DNA of 64,000 bases from Maricaulis sp. (GTDB lineage: Bacteria > Pseudomonadota > Alphaproteobacteria > Caulobacterales > Maricaulaceae): the NCBI RefSeq assembly GCF_034670125.1, contig NZ_JAXMOC010000002.1, positions 385,768-449,767 of the forward strand, read 5' to 3'. A model generated the notes under the pieces. That model was not told the origin of the DNA, did no database searches, and worked only from the letters and a program-made list of their open reading frames with translations. Shown in pieces: positions 8,123 through 17,665 of this stretch. The translations under genes and the position numbers were made by a program. Each line of letters begins with the position of its first letter. The first letter of the stretch is position 1.

Positions 8123-9277
8123 TCAACTGCTAACAGACACCTTGTCGATCGCGTCCATTGCATAGCAGCCGAGCAGTTTGATCTCTCGGGTATGCTCTTC
8201 CAGCACCGACATGGACTGGCGGATCTTGCCATCCTCCATATGCCCCTCGACATCCATGATAAACATCTCTTCCCAGGGATTGCCGGCAATCGGTCGCGAT
8301 TCGAGCTTCACCAGATTGATGCCGTTGTCCCGGAAGCCGATCAGTGCATTGACCAGCGAGCCCGGCGTGTCGCGGGTGGTGAACATCATTGATGTCTTGC
8401 ACTCGACCTCGCGGGTCGGGAGCTTGGATTTGCGTCCGATGACGATGAACCGGGTAATGTTCTGCTCGTGATCGCCGACATTGCGCTCGAGAATATCCAT
8501 GCCGAACAGGCGTGCCGCATCCTCGCCGGCGACGGCCACGGCCGTGTCATCATCCTCCAACAGGCGCTCCAGGGCCCGCGTGGTTGACGCCGCCATATGA
8601 GTTTCGAGCTCTGGATGGGAACTGATATAGCGACGGCATTGGGCCAGCGCCTGCGGGTGTCCGAACACCCGGCTGACTCGTCCCTGCCCGCTCGCCCGAC
8701 CGACCAGACAATGATCGACCCGCAGCAGGAATTCGCCGATGATCTGCGTGTGCGAATTGATCAGGATGTCATAGACCTCATTGATCGATCCAGTCGTCGT
8801 GTTTTCGATCGGGATCACACCATAATCGACCTCGGCGTTCTCGACGGCGCGAAAGATCGATACGAAGTCACGCTTGGGGGACGGCACGACTGTCGCATTG
8901 CGACGCTGGAAGACTTTCTGGGCCGCAATGTGACTGTAGCTGCCAGGCCCCCCAAGATAGGCTACCGACGCTTCGTTCAGCTCGTCATTGCGCATTGAAT
9001 CGAACTGCTGGCGCTGCCGTCGGACCGAGGCCTCGAACAAGGCGTGAAACAGGGTTTCAACCAGCTCCGCCGGGACGCCTTTTTCGGCGCCTTGCCGGAC
9101 AGCCGCCCGCAACACATCGCGCTCACGCTCCCTGTCCCGCACCGGGCTACCGGATCGCGCCTTGGCCTTGAGGATGTCCTCCACGAGGCCGGCACGACGT
9201 GCGATGGCATCAATCAATTCCTGATCGATCTCGCTGATTGCCGAGCGGATTTCATCCCGCGTCATGTCCGTTGCCAT
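8123..9277 (-). CDS. pheA: Bifunctional chorismate mutase/prephenate dehydratase (P-protein) with an ACT domain
   Basis: AroQ CM domain (IRSAISEIDQEL, VRDRERE), PDT motifs AYLGGPGSYSH, PIENTT and NITRF, ACT motif LESRPIAGNPWEEMF; start ATG 9277 with an AAGGGA SD. Confidence 0.93.
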   Translation of the reverse strand: MATDMTRDEIRSAISEIDQELIDAIARRAGLVEDILKAKARSGSPVRDRERERDVLRAAVRQGAEKGVPAELVETLFHALFEASVRRQRQQFDSMRNDELNEASVAYLGGPGSYSHIAAQKVFQRRNATVVPSPKRDFVSIFRAVENAEVDYGVIPIENTTTGSINEVYDILINSHTQIIGEFLLRVDHCLVGRASGQGRVSRVFGHPQALAQCRRYISSHPELETHMAASTTRALERLLEDDDTAVAVAGEDAARLFGMDILERNVGDHEQNITRFIVIGRKSKLPTREVECKTSMMFTTRDTPGSLVNALIGFRDNGINLVKLESRPIAGNPWEEMFIMDVEGHMEDGKIRQSMSVLEEHTREIKLLGCYAMDAIDKVSVSS

Positions 9278-9296
9278 GTGTTTGATCCCTTCAGAC

Positions 9297-9330
9297 AAAA
9301 GAAAAGGGCCTCCCCGGTGAGGGAGGCCCT
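9297..9330 (-). terminator. Attenuator terminator upstream of pheA
   Basis: Minus strand AGGGCCTCCC-TCACCG-GGGAGGCCCT (perfect 10-bp stem) followed by TTTCTTTT, ending about 20 nt before the pheA ATG. Confidence 0.9.
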
Positions 9331-9354
9331 GGTTTCGTTGCGCCGTCGCACAAG

Positions 9355-9426
9355 CTAGCCGGTCACCGCCCCCAATTGGGTTGCGTTGCTAAAATAGGCC
9401 GCAAAAAAGTACGATGCATTGTTCAT
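9355..9426 (-). CDS. Phe/Tyr-rich attenuator leader peptide MNNASYFFAAYFSNATQLGAVTG
   Basis: Manual translation of ATG 9426 to TAG 9355; codons 6-12 are TAC TTT TTT GCG GCC TAT TTT; lies between a promoter-like element and the terminator preceding pheA. Confidence 0.8.
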   Translation of the reverse strand: MNNASYFFAAYFSNATQLGAVTG

Positions 9427-9433
9427 GGCCTGC

Positions 9434-9462
9434 AGAGTGGCGGGCCCGACTTGCACGGTCAA
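9434..9462 (-). promoter_or_regulatory. Candidate sigma70 promoter for the pheA leader; predicted TSS at the leader ATG
   Basis: TTGACC (9462-9457), N17, CACTCT (9439-9434), then 7 nt to ATG 9426. Confidence 0.5.
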
Positions 9463-9497
9463 TCCATTTTCTGCGCTTCACCGCGAGCCTTGCGCAC

Positions 9498-9527
9498 AAA
9501 AATGGCCGGAGACGACGCCTCCGGCCA
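9498..9527 (-). terminator. lon terminator
   Basis: tggccggag-N7-ctccggcca stem followed by TTTTT on the minus strand. Confidence 0.8.
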
Positions 9528-9558
9528 ATATTGTTTCAAATGAAACCGGTTTCAGACG

Positions 9559-11967
9559 CTAGTGTGCAATCGGCTGTCCGGCATCGCCTTCACCACCCGG
9601 CTGCGACGCGATCGCGGCCAGGGCCGCCTCGTCCGCTTCGGTCCACTCGACCGGCTCGACAGCCTCGACCAACGCCCGCATCAGGACTTCATCCGCCGTC
9701 TCGACCGGAATGATCTCCATACCCTCTTTGACATTGTCCGGGATCTCGGCGAGGTCCTTTTCATTGTCCTTGGGGATGAGGACCGTCTTCACGCCACCGC
9801 GCAGGGCGGCCAGCAGCTTCTCCTTGAGGCCGCCGATCGGCAGCACCCGGCCACGCAGGGTGATCTCCCCGGTCATGGCGATGTCCTTGCGGACCGGAAT
9901 ACCGGTCAGAACAGAGACGATCGCGGTCATCATGCCAACGCCCGCAGACGGCCCATCCTTGGGGGTCGCACCTTCGGGCATGTGGACATGGATGTCCGCC
10001 GCCCGGAAAATGGTCGGCTTGATACCCAGCGACGGGGCCCGCGACTGGACGAAGGAATTGGCCGCAGAAATCGACTCCTTCATCACGTCACGCAGATTGC
10101 CGGTCACCATCATCTTGCCACGGCCGGGCATGCGGACCGCTTCGATGGTGAGGAGGTCGCCGCCGACTTCGGTCCAGGCCAGACCGGTGACGATACCGAT
10201 CTGGTCGTGGTCTTCGGTCTCGCCGAAGCGGAATTTCCGAACACCGGCAAACTCGCCGAGATTCTCGGCCGACACGGTGATCGAGCTGACCTTGCCACGT
10301 TCGATCTGGACGACGGATTTGCGGGCCAGATTGGCGATCTCACGCTCGAGGCTACGGACACCGGCCTCGCGGGTGTAATAGCGGATCAGGTCGCGCAGAC
10401 CGTCCTCGGTCAGCGACCACTCGCTGTCCTTGAGCGCATGGTTTTTCATCTGCTTGGGGATCAGGTGGCGACGCGCGATTTCGACCTTTTCATCCTCGGT
10501 GTAGCCAGCGATACGGATGATCTCCATCCGGTCCAGCAGCGGCTGAGGCAGGTTGAGCGTGTTGGCCGTGGTTACGAACATGATGTCAGAGAGGTCGTAA
10601 TCGACCTCCAGATAGTGATCATTGAAATTGGCGTTCTGTTCCGGATCGAGCACTTCAAGCAGGGCCGAAGCGGGATCGCCGCGATAATCGGCACCCAGCT
10701 TGTCGATCTCGTCGAGCAGGAATAGCGGATTGGAAGAATTCACCTTCTTCATCGACTGAATGATCCGGCCCGGCATGGAGCCGATATAGGTGCGGCGGTG
10801 GCCACGGATCTCGGCCTCGTCGCGCACGCCGCCCAGCGACATGCGCACGAAGTCACGACCCGTCGCCTTGGCGATCGAGCGACCAAGCGAGGTCTTGCCG
10901 ACGCCGGGCGGGCCAACGAGACACAGGATCGGGCCCTTGAGCTTCTTGGTGCGGGCCTGGACCGCGAGATGCTCGAGGATGCGCTCCTTGACCTTGTCGA
11001 GGCCATAGTGATCCGTCTCGAGCACGCCTTCGGCGCGTTCCAGATCGTTTTTCAGGCGTTTGCGCTTGCCCCACGGGACCGACAGGATCCAGTCGAGATA
11101 ATTGCGAACGACAGTAGCCTCGGCCGACATCGGGCTCATATTGCGAAGCTTCTTGAATTCGGCATCGGCCTTGGTGCGGGCTTCCTTGGAGAGCTTGGCT
11201 TCGGCCAGCTTTTCTTCCAGCTCGGCCAGCTCCTCACGGCTGTCATCACCCTCACCCAGCTCGCGCTGGATCGCCTTCATCTGCTCATTGAGATAGTATT
11301 CCCGCTGGGTCTTCTCCATCTGGCGCTTGACGCGCGAACGGATTTTCTTCTCGACCTGCAGGACGCCGATCTCGCCTTCCATCATGCCAAGGATGCGCTC
11401 GAGCCGACGGTTGACGTCCGGCTCCTCCAGCAGCGACTGTTTTTCCTCGATCTTGACGGCCAGGTGGGCGGCGATGCTGTCCGAAAGCTTACCCGGCTCG
11501 CGGATCTGCGACAGCGACGCCAGCGCTTCAGGCGGAACCTTCTTGTTGAGTTTGACGTAGTCATCGAACTTGGCCGACACAGTCCGCATCAGGGCTTCCA
11601 GCTCCGACACGTCACCTGGATCTTCATCCAGGACCTCGCAGACAGCTTCGTAGAAATCACTGCGCTCGGTAAAGGCGCTGATTTCCACGCGAACACCACC
11701 CTCAACGAGTACCTTAACGGTCCCGTCGGGAAGCTTCAGCAATTGCAGGACAGACGCGATGACGCCGGTTTTGTGGATGGCATCAGCCCCCGGTTCGTCA
11801 TCGGCGGCCGTACGTTGGGTTGCGAGCAGGATTTGCTTGTCGGCCTTCATCACCTCTTCCAGGGCACGGACCGATTTGTCCCGGCCCACGAAGAGCGGCA
11901 CGATCATGTGCGGAAATACGACGATATCGCGCAGCGGAAGAAGAGGAAGCGTCTTCGTAGTGGACAT
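9559..11967 (-). CDS. lon: ATP-dependent protease La
   Basis: [34 protein letters not shown] (catalytic Ser), GGLKEK; start MSTTKT behind GGAGA. Confidence 0.98.
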   Translation of the reverse strand: MSTTKTLPLLPLRDIVVFPHMIVPLFVGRDKSVRALEEVMKADKQILLATQRTAADDEPGADAIHKTGVIASVLQLLKLPDGTVKVLVEGGVRVEISAFTERSDFYEAVCEVLDEDPGDVSELEALMRTVSAKFDDYVKLNKKVPPEALASLSQIREPGKLSDSIAAHLAVKIEEKQSLLEEPDVNRRLERILGMMEGEIGVLQVEKKIRSRVKRQMEKTQREYYLNEQMKAIQRELGEGDDSREELAELEEKLAEAKLSKEARTKADAEFKKLRNMSPMSAEATVVRNYLDWILSVPWGKRKRLKNDLERAEGVLETDHYGLDKVKERILEHLAVQARTKKLKGPILCLVGPPGVGKTSLGRSIAKATGRDFVRMSLGGVRDEAEIRGHRRTYIGSMPGRIIQSMKKVNSSNPLFLLDEIDKLGADYRGDPASALLEVLDPEQNANFNDHYLEVDYDLSDIMFVTTANTLNLPQPLLDRMEIIRIAGYTEDEKVEIARRHLIPKQMKNHALKDSEWSLTEDGLRDLIRYYTREAGVRSLEREIANLARKSVVQIERGKVSSITVSAENLGEFAGVRKFRFGETEDHDQIGIVTGLAWTEVGGDLLTIEAVRMPGRGKMMVTGNLRDVMKESISAANSFVQSRAPSLGIKPTIFRAADIHVHMPEGATPKDGPSAGVGMMTAIVSVLTGIPVRKDIAMTGEITLRGRVLPIGGLKEKLLAALRGGVKTVLIPKDNEKDLAEIPDNVKEGMEIIPVETADEVLMRALVEAVEPVEWTEADEAALAAIASQPGGEGDAGQPIAH

Positions 11968-12122
11968 GTTTTCTCCATTCGCGCTCACACGGGGGAGCGC
12001 GGGCAGACCTGTTGCTAGTTTGGTCTACAGATCGTGACTGAACGGCTCACCGGACCGTCGCGTCGACCGCGAGGCCCGGAAGTCCGGCTTGCTTCAGGAG
12101 GTGGCGATCCGACCTCGAAAGG

Positions 12123-13394
12123 TCAAGCGCCCTCCCGCTTGTCGTCCTTGCGCTCTGCATAAATGGACAGCGGCTTGGCATTGCCATCAACCACTTCCCC
12201 ATTGACGACGATCTCCTCCACGCCTTCCAGGCTTGGCAGATCGAACATGGTTTCAAGCAGGATGCCCTCCATGATCGATCGCAGCCCACGCGCACCGGTT
12301 TTCCGTGCGATGGCTCGATTGGCGATCGCCTTGAGCGCATCTTCGGTGAAGGTCAGGCCCACACCTTCCATCTCGAACAGGCGTTGATACTGCTTGACCA
12401 GCGCGTTCTTCGGTTCGGTCAGGATTTGAACCAGCGCACCGATGTCGAGATCTTCCAGGGTCGCAATGACCGGAAGACGACCAACAAACTCCGGGATGAG
12501 ACCGAAGCGGAGCAGGTCATCAGGCTCGACTTCACGCAGGATTTCGCCGGTACGACGGGCATCCGGCTCGCGCACATCGGCGCCGAAGCCAATCGACGAC
12601 CCCTGGCCACGCTGGGAGATGACCTTGTCGAGGCCGGCAAACGCCCCACCGACGACAAACAGGATATTGGTCGTGTCCACCTGCAGGAATTCCTGTTGGG
12701 GATGCTTGCGACCGCCCTGTGGCGGCACCGACGCGACTGTGCCTTCCATGATCTTCAAAAGCGCCTGCTGGACGCCCTCGCCCGACACGTCGCGGGTGAT
12801 GGACGGATTGTCCGACTTGCGGGAAATCTTGTCGATTTCATCGATATAGACAATGCCGCGCTGGGCCCGCTCGACATTGTAATCGGCGGCCTGCAGCAGT
12901 TTCAGGACGATGTTCTCGACATCCTCCCCGACATAACCGGCTTCGGTCAGCGTGGTGGCATCCGCCATCGTGAACGGCACGTCGAGGATGCGGGCAAGAG
13001 TCTGCGCGAGCAAGGTCTTGCCGCAACCGGTCGGTCCGATCAGCAGGATGTTGGACTTGGCGAGCTCCACATCGGAATTCTGGGATGCGTGATTGAGCCG
13101 CTTGTAGTGATTGTGGACCGCCACGGCGAGCACGCGCTTGGCATGCGCCTGGCCGATCACATAATCATTGAGGACGTTGAAAATCTCCTGTGGAGACGGC
13201 ACGCCTTCCTTGGATTTCACCAGCGAGGATTTGTTTTCCTCGCGGATGATGTCCATGCAGAGCTCGACGCATTCATCACAGATGAACACCGTGGGGCCGG
13301 CGATCAGTTTGCGAACCTCGTGCTGGCTCTTTCCGCAAAAAGAGCAGTAGAGGGTGTTCTTCGACTCGCTGTCTCCGCCCGTCGTCTTACTCAT
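12123..13394 (-). CDS. clpX: Clp protease ATP-binding subunit ClpX
   Basis: CSFCGKS..ICDECV zinc finger, [29 protein letters not shown] loop. Confidence 0.98.
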   Translation of the reverse strand: MSKTTGGDSESKNTLYCSFCGKSQHEVRKLIAGPTVFICDECVELCMDIIREENKSSLVKSKEGVPSPQEIFNVLNDYVIGQAHAKRVLAVAVHNHYKRLNHASQNSDVELAKSNILLIGPTGCGKTLLAQTLARILDVPFTMADATTLTEAGYVGEDVENIVLKLLQAADYNVERAQRGIVYIDEIDKISRKSDNPSITRDVSGEGVQQALLKIMEGTVASVPPQGGRKHPQQEFLQVDTTNILFVVGGAFAGLDKVISQRGQGSSIGFGADVREPDARRTGEILREVEPDDLLRFGLIPEFVGRLPVIATLEDLDIGALVQILTEPKNALVKQYQRLFEMEGVGLTFTEDALKAIANRAIARKTGARGLRSIMEGILLETMFDLPSLEGVEEIVVNGEVVDGNAKPLSIYAERKDDKREGA

Positions 13395-13556
13395 GACCGC
13401 TCCATTTCAACCCGCAAGCATCGCGATGATGCCTGCTTTCGCTTTCAGCCTCGTGCAAAATCAAGGCCGAACTTTAGCGAAAGGTTTCCGCCGCTGCTTA
13501 TTCGATCACATGGATGCAGTACCGATCAAGCACCATGCCTGCATCCAGAACCGTCG

Positions 13557-14192
13557 CTAGCTGTCGGAACCTTCCTTTTCGTCCGCGGCACGGCGCTCGA
13601 TCACCTTGTCGACAAGGCCGAAATCAAGCCCTTCCTGCGCCGACATGAAATTATCGCGGTCGAGGGCATTCTCGATCTCGTCATAGGTCCGACCGGTGTG
13701 GTGCACGTAAATCTCGTTCAAACGGCGCTTGATCTTCTGGATATCAGCCGCGTGGCGCTCGATATCAGAGGCCTGCCCCCGGAATCCACCCGATGGCTGG
13801 TGCACCATGATACGCGCGTTCGGCGAGGCAAACCGCAGATCCTTCTCGCCCGCCGTCAGCAACAGCGACCCCATCGACGCCGCCATACCCAGGCACATCG
13901 TCGACACCGGGGAGCGTATGTATTGCATCGTGTCATAGATTCCCAGACCGGCCGAGACGACGCCGCCGGGCGAGTTGATGTACATCGAGATCTCTTTTTT
14001 CGGGTTCTCGGACTCGAGGAAGAGAAGCTGGGCGATGATCAGGCTCGCCATGTGGTCCTCGATGGGACCGGTGATGAAGATGATGCGCTCTTTGAGAAGG
14101 CGCGAAAAAATGTCGAATGAGCGCTCGCCGCGGCTCGTCTGCTCGACGACGATCGGAACCAGATTCATCATTACGTCCTGGGGATCATGCAT
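13557..14192 (-). CDS. clpP: Clp protease proteolytic subunit
   Basis: [41 protein letters not shown]. Confidence 0.98.
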   Translation of the reverse strand: MHDPQDVMMNLVPIVVEQTSRGERSFDIFSRLLKERIIFITGPIEDHMASLIIAQLLFLESENPKKEISMYINSPGGVVSAGLGIYDTMQYIRSPVSTMCLGMAASMGSLLLTAGEKDLRFASPNARIMVHQPSGGFRGQASDIERHAADIQKIKRRLNEIYVHHTGRTYDEIENALDRDNFMSAQEGLDFGLVDKVIERRAADEKEGSDS

Positions 14193-14324
14193 ATCGCGCT
14201 CCTTGGTGTGACGGCACCGGGTTCGGGCCGATTCTCATCAGACGGGATTGTGGAACTATCGCGGGCGTCGAAGTTTCAGGCAAGGCGCACGCTGCAGCGA
14301 TCTCTGCCAATTCGTCCGGAAATG

Positions 14325-14358
14325 AAAAGCGCCGGCGCTTCGGGGAAGCACCGGCGCT
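14325..14358 (-). terminator. tig terminator
   Basis: 14-bp stem AGCGCCGGTGCTTC/GAAGCGCCGGCGCT (one G-U pair on the minus strand) followed by a T-run. Confidence 0.75.
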
Positions 14359-14383
14359 GTATCAATGCGAAACGCGTCAGTGA

Positions 14384-14614
14384 TTACGCGTCTTTCTTGG
14401 CAGCGGCCTTCTTGGCCGGAGCCTTCTTCTTGGCAGCAGGCTTTTTGGCCGGGGCCTCGTCCTTGGTCGCGGCTTTCTTGGCGGGCGCCTTTTTGGCCGG
14501 AGCCTTCTTGGCGGCCGGCTTGTCGTCGGCCGTGGCTTCGGACTTCTTGGCGGCGGTCTTCTTGGCTGGCGCCTTTTTCTTGGCGGCGGCCTTCTTGGCC
14601 GGCTTGGCAGGCGC
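14384..14614 (-). repeat. (A)PAKK/AAKK low-complexity repeat region, histone-H1-like
   Basis: Last 76 aa of Tig contain 27 Lys and five APAKK copies; tandem gccttcttggc-type units in the DNA. Confidence 0.9.
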
Positions 14615-15955
14615 CTCATCCTCGTCCGCATACAGCGCGTCCTTGGAAACGGTGGTTTCCGTCACGTCTGCCAGTTCGAGGATGTAATCGACGACCTTTT
14701 CTTCATAGATCGGGGCGCGCATCTGGGCGACGGCGTTCGGATTCTTCTGGTAGAATTCGACAACCTGACGCTCCTGGCCCGGATACTTCACCGCTTCCTG
14801 GTTGATGGCACGGGACAGCTCTTCCTGAGTCACGTCGATATTGTTGCGCCGGCCAATCTCGGCCAGGACCAGACCCAGACGCACACGGCGCTCTGCAATG
14901 TCGCGATACTCGCCCTTGAGCTCGTCTTCCGACTTGTTCTTGTCTTCTTCCTCAAGGTGATCGTGCTCGATGGCGTGCGCTACTTCGCGCCAGATATTGT
15001 CGAACTCAGCCGCCACCATTTTCGGCGGCAGATCGAACTTGTGTTCGGCATCCAGCTTGTCAAGCAGGTCACGCTTGACCTTCATGCGCGACTGCTGAGC
15101 ATGCTCACCGGCGAAACGCTTCTTCAGCGCATCCTTCAGCCCGTCGAGATTTTCGAGACCGAGGCGCTTGGCCAGCTCGTCATCGACCTTGGCTTCCTGC
15201 GGCGCTTCCAGCCCTTTGACGGTGACGTCAAACACGGCGGCCTTACCAGCCAGCTGAGCGGCCTGGTAGTCTTCCGGGAAGGTGACGTTCAGCTCGCGCT
15301 CCTCGCCAACCTTGGCGCCGAGCAGCTGCTCTTCAAAGCCGGGGATGAAGGCACCGTCACCGATGGCGACACGGGCGTCCTCGGCCGAGCCACCTTCAAA
15401 GACTTCGCCGTCCAGCTTGCCGACAAAATCGATCACGACAACGTCGCCGTCTTCAGCCTTGGCGTTCTTGCCGCCTTTCTTGGCAGCAAATTCACGGCTC
15501 TCATTGGCCAGGCGCTCCAGCGCCTCATTGACTTCCGCGTCCTCGACCTCGGCGACCGGGCGCGTGACGGAAAGCTTGGCCGGATCGGCCGGCTCGAAAT
15601 CAGGCATGATCTCCAGGGCGATCTCGAAAACGAAATCGGCCTTGCCGGCAACCACGTCCTTGGCTTCGCTGGTGACCGAGATGTCCGGCTGCGAGGCTGG
15701 CCGCAATTTCTTGTCGTCCAGCGTTTTTTGGGTGGTCTCCGGGACCAGCTCGTTGAGCAGGTCACCCATGATGCTCTCGCCGAACATCTTGCGGATGTGG
15801 CTGGTCGGCACCTTGCCCGGGCGGAAACCCTTCAGGCGGACTTCGGGGCGGATCTCTTCGATCTTCGCCGCCAGGCGAGCTTGCAGGTCGTCAGCAGGGA
15901 TGACGATCTCATAGGTGCGGCTCAAGCCTTCGGAAGCTTTCTCGATGACGTTCAT
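14384..15955 (-). CDS. tig: Trigger factor with a long basic C-terminal tail
   Basis: GFRPGKVP signature, FKBP domain (IDFVGKLDGEVFEGG, FIPGFEEQL), RRVRLGLVL. Confidence 0.97.
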   Translation of the reverse strand: MNVIEKASEGLSRTYEIVIPADDLQARLAAKIEEIRPEVRLKGFRPGKVPTSHIRKMFGESIMGDLLNELVPETTQKTLDDKKLRPASQPDISVTSEAKDVVAGKADFVFEIALEIMPDFEPADPAKLSVTRPVAEVEDAEVNEALERLANESREFAAKKGGKNAKAEDGDVVVIDFVGKLDGEVFEGGSAEDARVAIGDGAFIPGFEEQLLGAKVGEERELNVTFPEDYQAAQLAGKAAVFDVTVKGLEAPQEAKVDDELAKRLGLENLDGLKDALKKRFAGEHAQQSRMKVKRDLLDKLDAEHKFDLPPKMVAAEFDNIWREVAHAIEHDHLEEEDKNKSEDELKGEYRDIAERRVRLGLVLAEIGRRNNIDVTQEELSRAINQEAVKYPGQERQVVEFYQKNPNAVAQMRAPIYEEKVVDYILELADVTETTVSKDALYADEDEAPAKPAKKAAAKKKAPAKKTAAKKSEATADDKPAAKKAPAKKAPAKKAATKDEAPAKKPAAKKKAPAKKAAAKKDA

Positions 15956-16160
15956 GGGTTAGCCTTAGATTTTCAAACAGACGGGCGGTCGAAACCGCGT
16001 GCAAAATCGAGCGCGCGTTATGTCACGCGGATTCGGAGCGTGCAACGCTGTGGAGCGGTTGGACCGCATCACAGCACACCATTCGGCACGTCGCGGGACC
16101 AACCGGCCCATCGCGCGCGCCGTCACAATACCCCGCAAACTGGTCGCATCGAGACCAAAA

Positions 16161-16245
16161 TGGTGCGGATGGAGGGACTCGAACCCCCACGCCTCTCGGC
16201 ACCAGAACCTAAATCTGGCGCGTCTGCCAGTTCCGCCACATCCGC
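16161..16245 (-). tRNA. tRNA-Leu(TAG)
   Basis: Reverse complement GCGGATGTGGCGGAACTGGCAGACGCGCCAGATTTAGGTTCTGGTGCCGAGAGGCGTGGGGGTTCGAGTCCCTCCATCCGCACCA; long variable arm. Confidence 0.98.
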
Positions 16246-16397
16246 ATGTCGGGCCGGCGTTATGGCGCGGCTTTCGAGACCGTGCAAGCTCGCCATGTGC
16301 CTGACAGGAAGGCCGGCCGCAGCCACATGTCGTGTGGTCAATCGAGCCTTAAGCATTGCGCGGCATGGTGAGGCCGACGCCTGCTGATCGAGTATTC

Positions 16398-17633
16398 ATG
16401 ACTGCCGACCTGAAAACCTTCATCCGCCGGGCCATGGCACGTGGCGAACGCATCGACGCCGGCCAGTTCCGGCTTCTCAACCTGACTGCCGTGCGCGAGC
16501 AGGCCGGCGAGGCGTGGCCGTCCGCCAAGAAGAAGATCATGACGGCAGGCCAGCAATTCCTGTCCAAGCGCCTGCACGAGGACGACGCGGTGATCCCCTG
16601 TGAAGAGGGATTTCTGGTCTTATTCGCCTGTCCGCCCGAAGATCCTGCCGCTTTCCTGGCCGAGTTGGGCGATGCGTTGATGGCCTTTTTCCTGGGCAGC
16701 CCGGAAACCCGCGCCCTGGCGGTGGAGACCCAGGCCAGCCGCGTTGACGCGAGCGAGATATCCCAACTCGCGGCAACCACGGCGGCGGCACCCAAAGCAC
16801 CGGCGACAGCCACACTCCGCAAGCCCGCCCCCGAGGAAGACAAACGCCCCCTGCCCCGCTCGCGCCCCGTATCGGAGTGCGAGGAAGACAGCGTGATTGC
16901 GCAGTATCGTCCGCTCTGGGACGCCCAGCGGCAATTGCTGGCCGCGAATGCCTGCCTCGCGAAAGTCGTTATCGGCGGCCGCGCGCTGGAAGGGCGACGC
17001 GCCATCGCGACGCGAATGTCCACCGCCAGCCAGTTTGATCTCGACCGGTGCGCCCTTGATGCCGCCGTGGAGATGATCACGGCCCTCGTCCGCAAGCAAA
17101 AGCGCATGACCCTGCGGGTCGCGCTTCATGCCGACAGCTGGGCGGATCGCGACCAGCGTGCCTCGCTCACCGAAGCCATTGAACGCCTGCCTGCTCCCCT
17201 GAGAAAGTCGCTCCTTGTGCGCCTTGACGGCGTGAGCGATCAGCCGGCAAGGCAGGCGGACGCCCTGTCAGGACTGGCCCATCTTGGAGTCGGCTTGATG
17301 GCGGAAATTCCGTTTGGAGAGTGTGAGCTGAACGACTTCGCCGACAAGGGCGTCAGCCTGTTCTCCTGCGCCTGTCCGCCGCCAACCAATGCCAATTCCG
17401 AGGGCATGATGGACCACGATGCCCGTGCCCTGAACCAGATGGTGAAAGCGGCTGCCGAACTGAAGGCCGCGACCTATCTCCATGACGTGCGTGACCTGCT
17501 TGTGCTCAAGGCGGCCATGGCCAGCGGCGTCCGCTTCTTCTCCGGGCAGGCCGTGGTCGCTGACCGAGCGACCCCGGCGCCGTCACAATCCCTGTCCATG
17601 GTCGACCTCTACCGAATGCACAAGGCGGCCTAG
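16398..17633 (+). CDS. Hypothetical protein, probably a degenerate GGDEF-like plus EAL-like tandem
   Basis: DAVIPCEEGFLVLF resembles the GGDEF loop; AQYRPLWD..AANAC resembles the start of EAL; an Ala/Pro linker separates them; C-terminal ASGVRFFSG resembles GVdylQG. Confidence 0.55.
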   Translation: MTADLKTFIRRAMARGERIDAGQFRLLNLTAVREQAGEAWPSAKKKIMTAGQQFLSKRLHEDDAVIPCEEGFLVLFACPPEDPAAFLAELGDALMAFFLGSPETRALAVETQASRVDASEISQLAATTAAAPKAPATATLRKPAPEEDKRPLPRSRPVSECEEDSVIAQYRPLWDAQRQLLAANACLAKVVIGGRALEGRRAIATRMSTASQFDLDRCALDAAVEMITALVRKQKRMTLRVALHADSWADRDQRASLTEAIERLPAPLRKSLLVRLDGVSDQPARQADALSGLAHLGVGLMAEIPFGECELNDFADKGVSLFSCACPPPTNANSEGMMDHDARALNQMVKAAAELKAATYLHDVRDLLVLKAAMASGVRFFSGQAVVADRATPAPSQSLSMVDLYRMHKAA

Positions 17634-17665
17634 ACGCGCCACCTGCCCCCCTCGATAGTGTCGTC

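Noticed and set aside
12099-12127. CTTGAC-N17-CCACCT as an RpoH promoter for lon
   Set aside because: Plausible by context, but the match is too weak without TSS data.
12384-14120. 578-aa plus-strand ORF opposite clpX/clpP; also 10798-12018, 14957-16387, 20379-22706, 50632-51408 and 60072-62048
   Set aside because: Antisense shadows of well-conserved genes, expected from high-GC codon bias; no motifs or RBS.
14384-14614. CRISPR-like periodicity in the repeat region
   Set aside because: The repeats are in-frame codon repeats of the Tig tail, with no constant repeat and unique spacer pattern and no cas genes.
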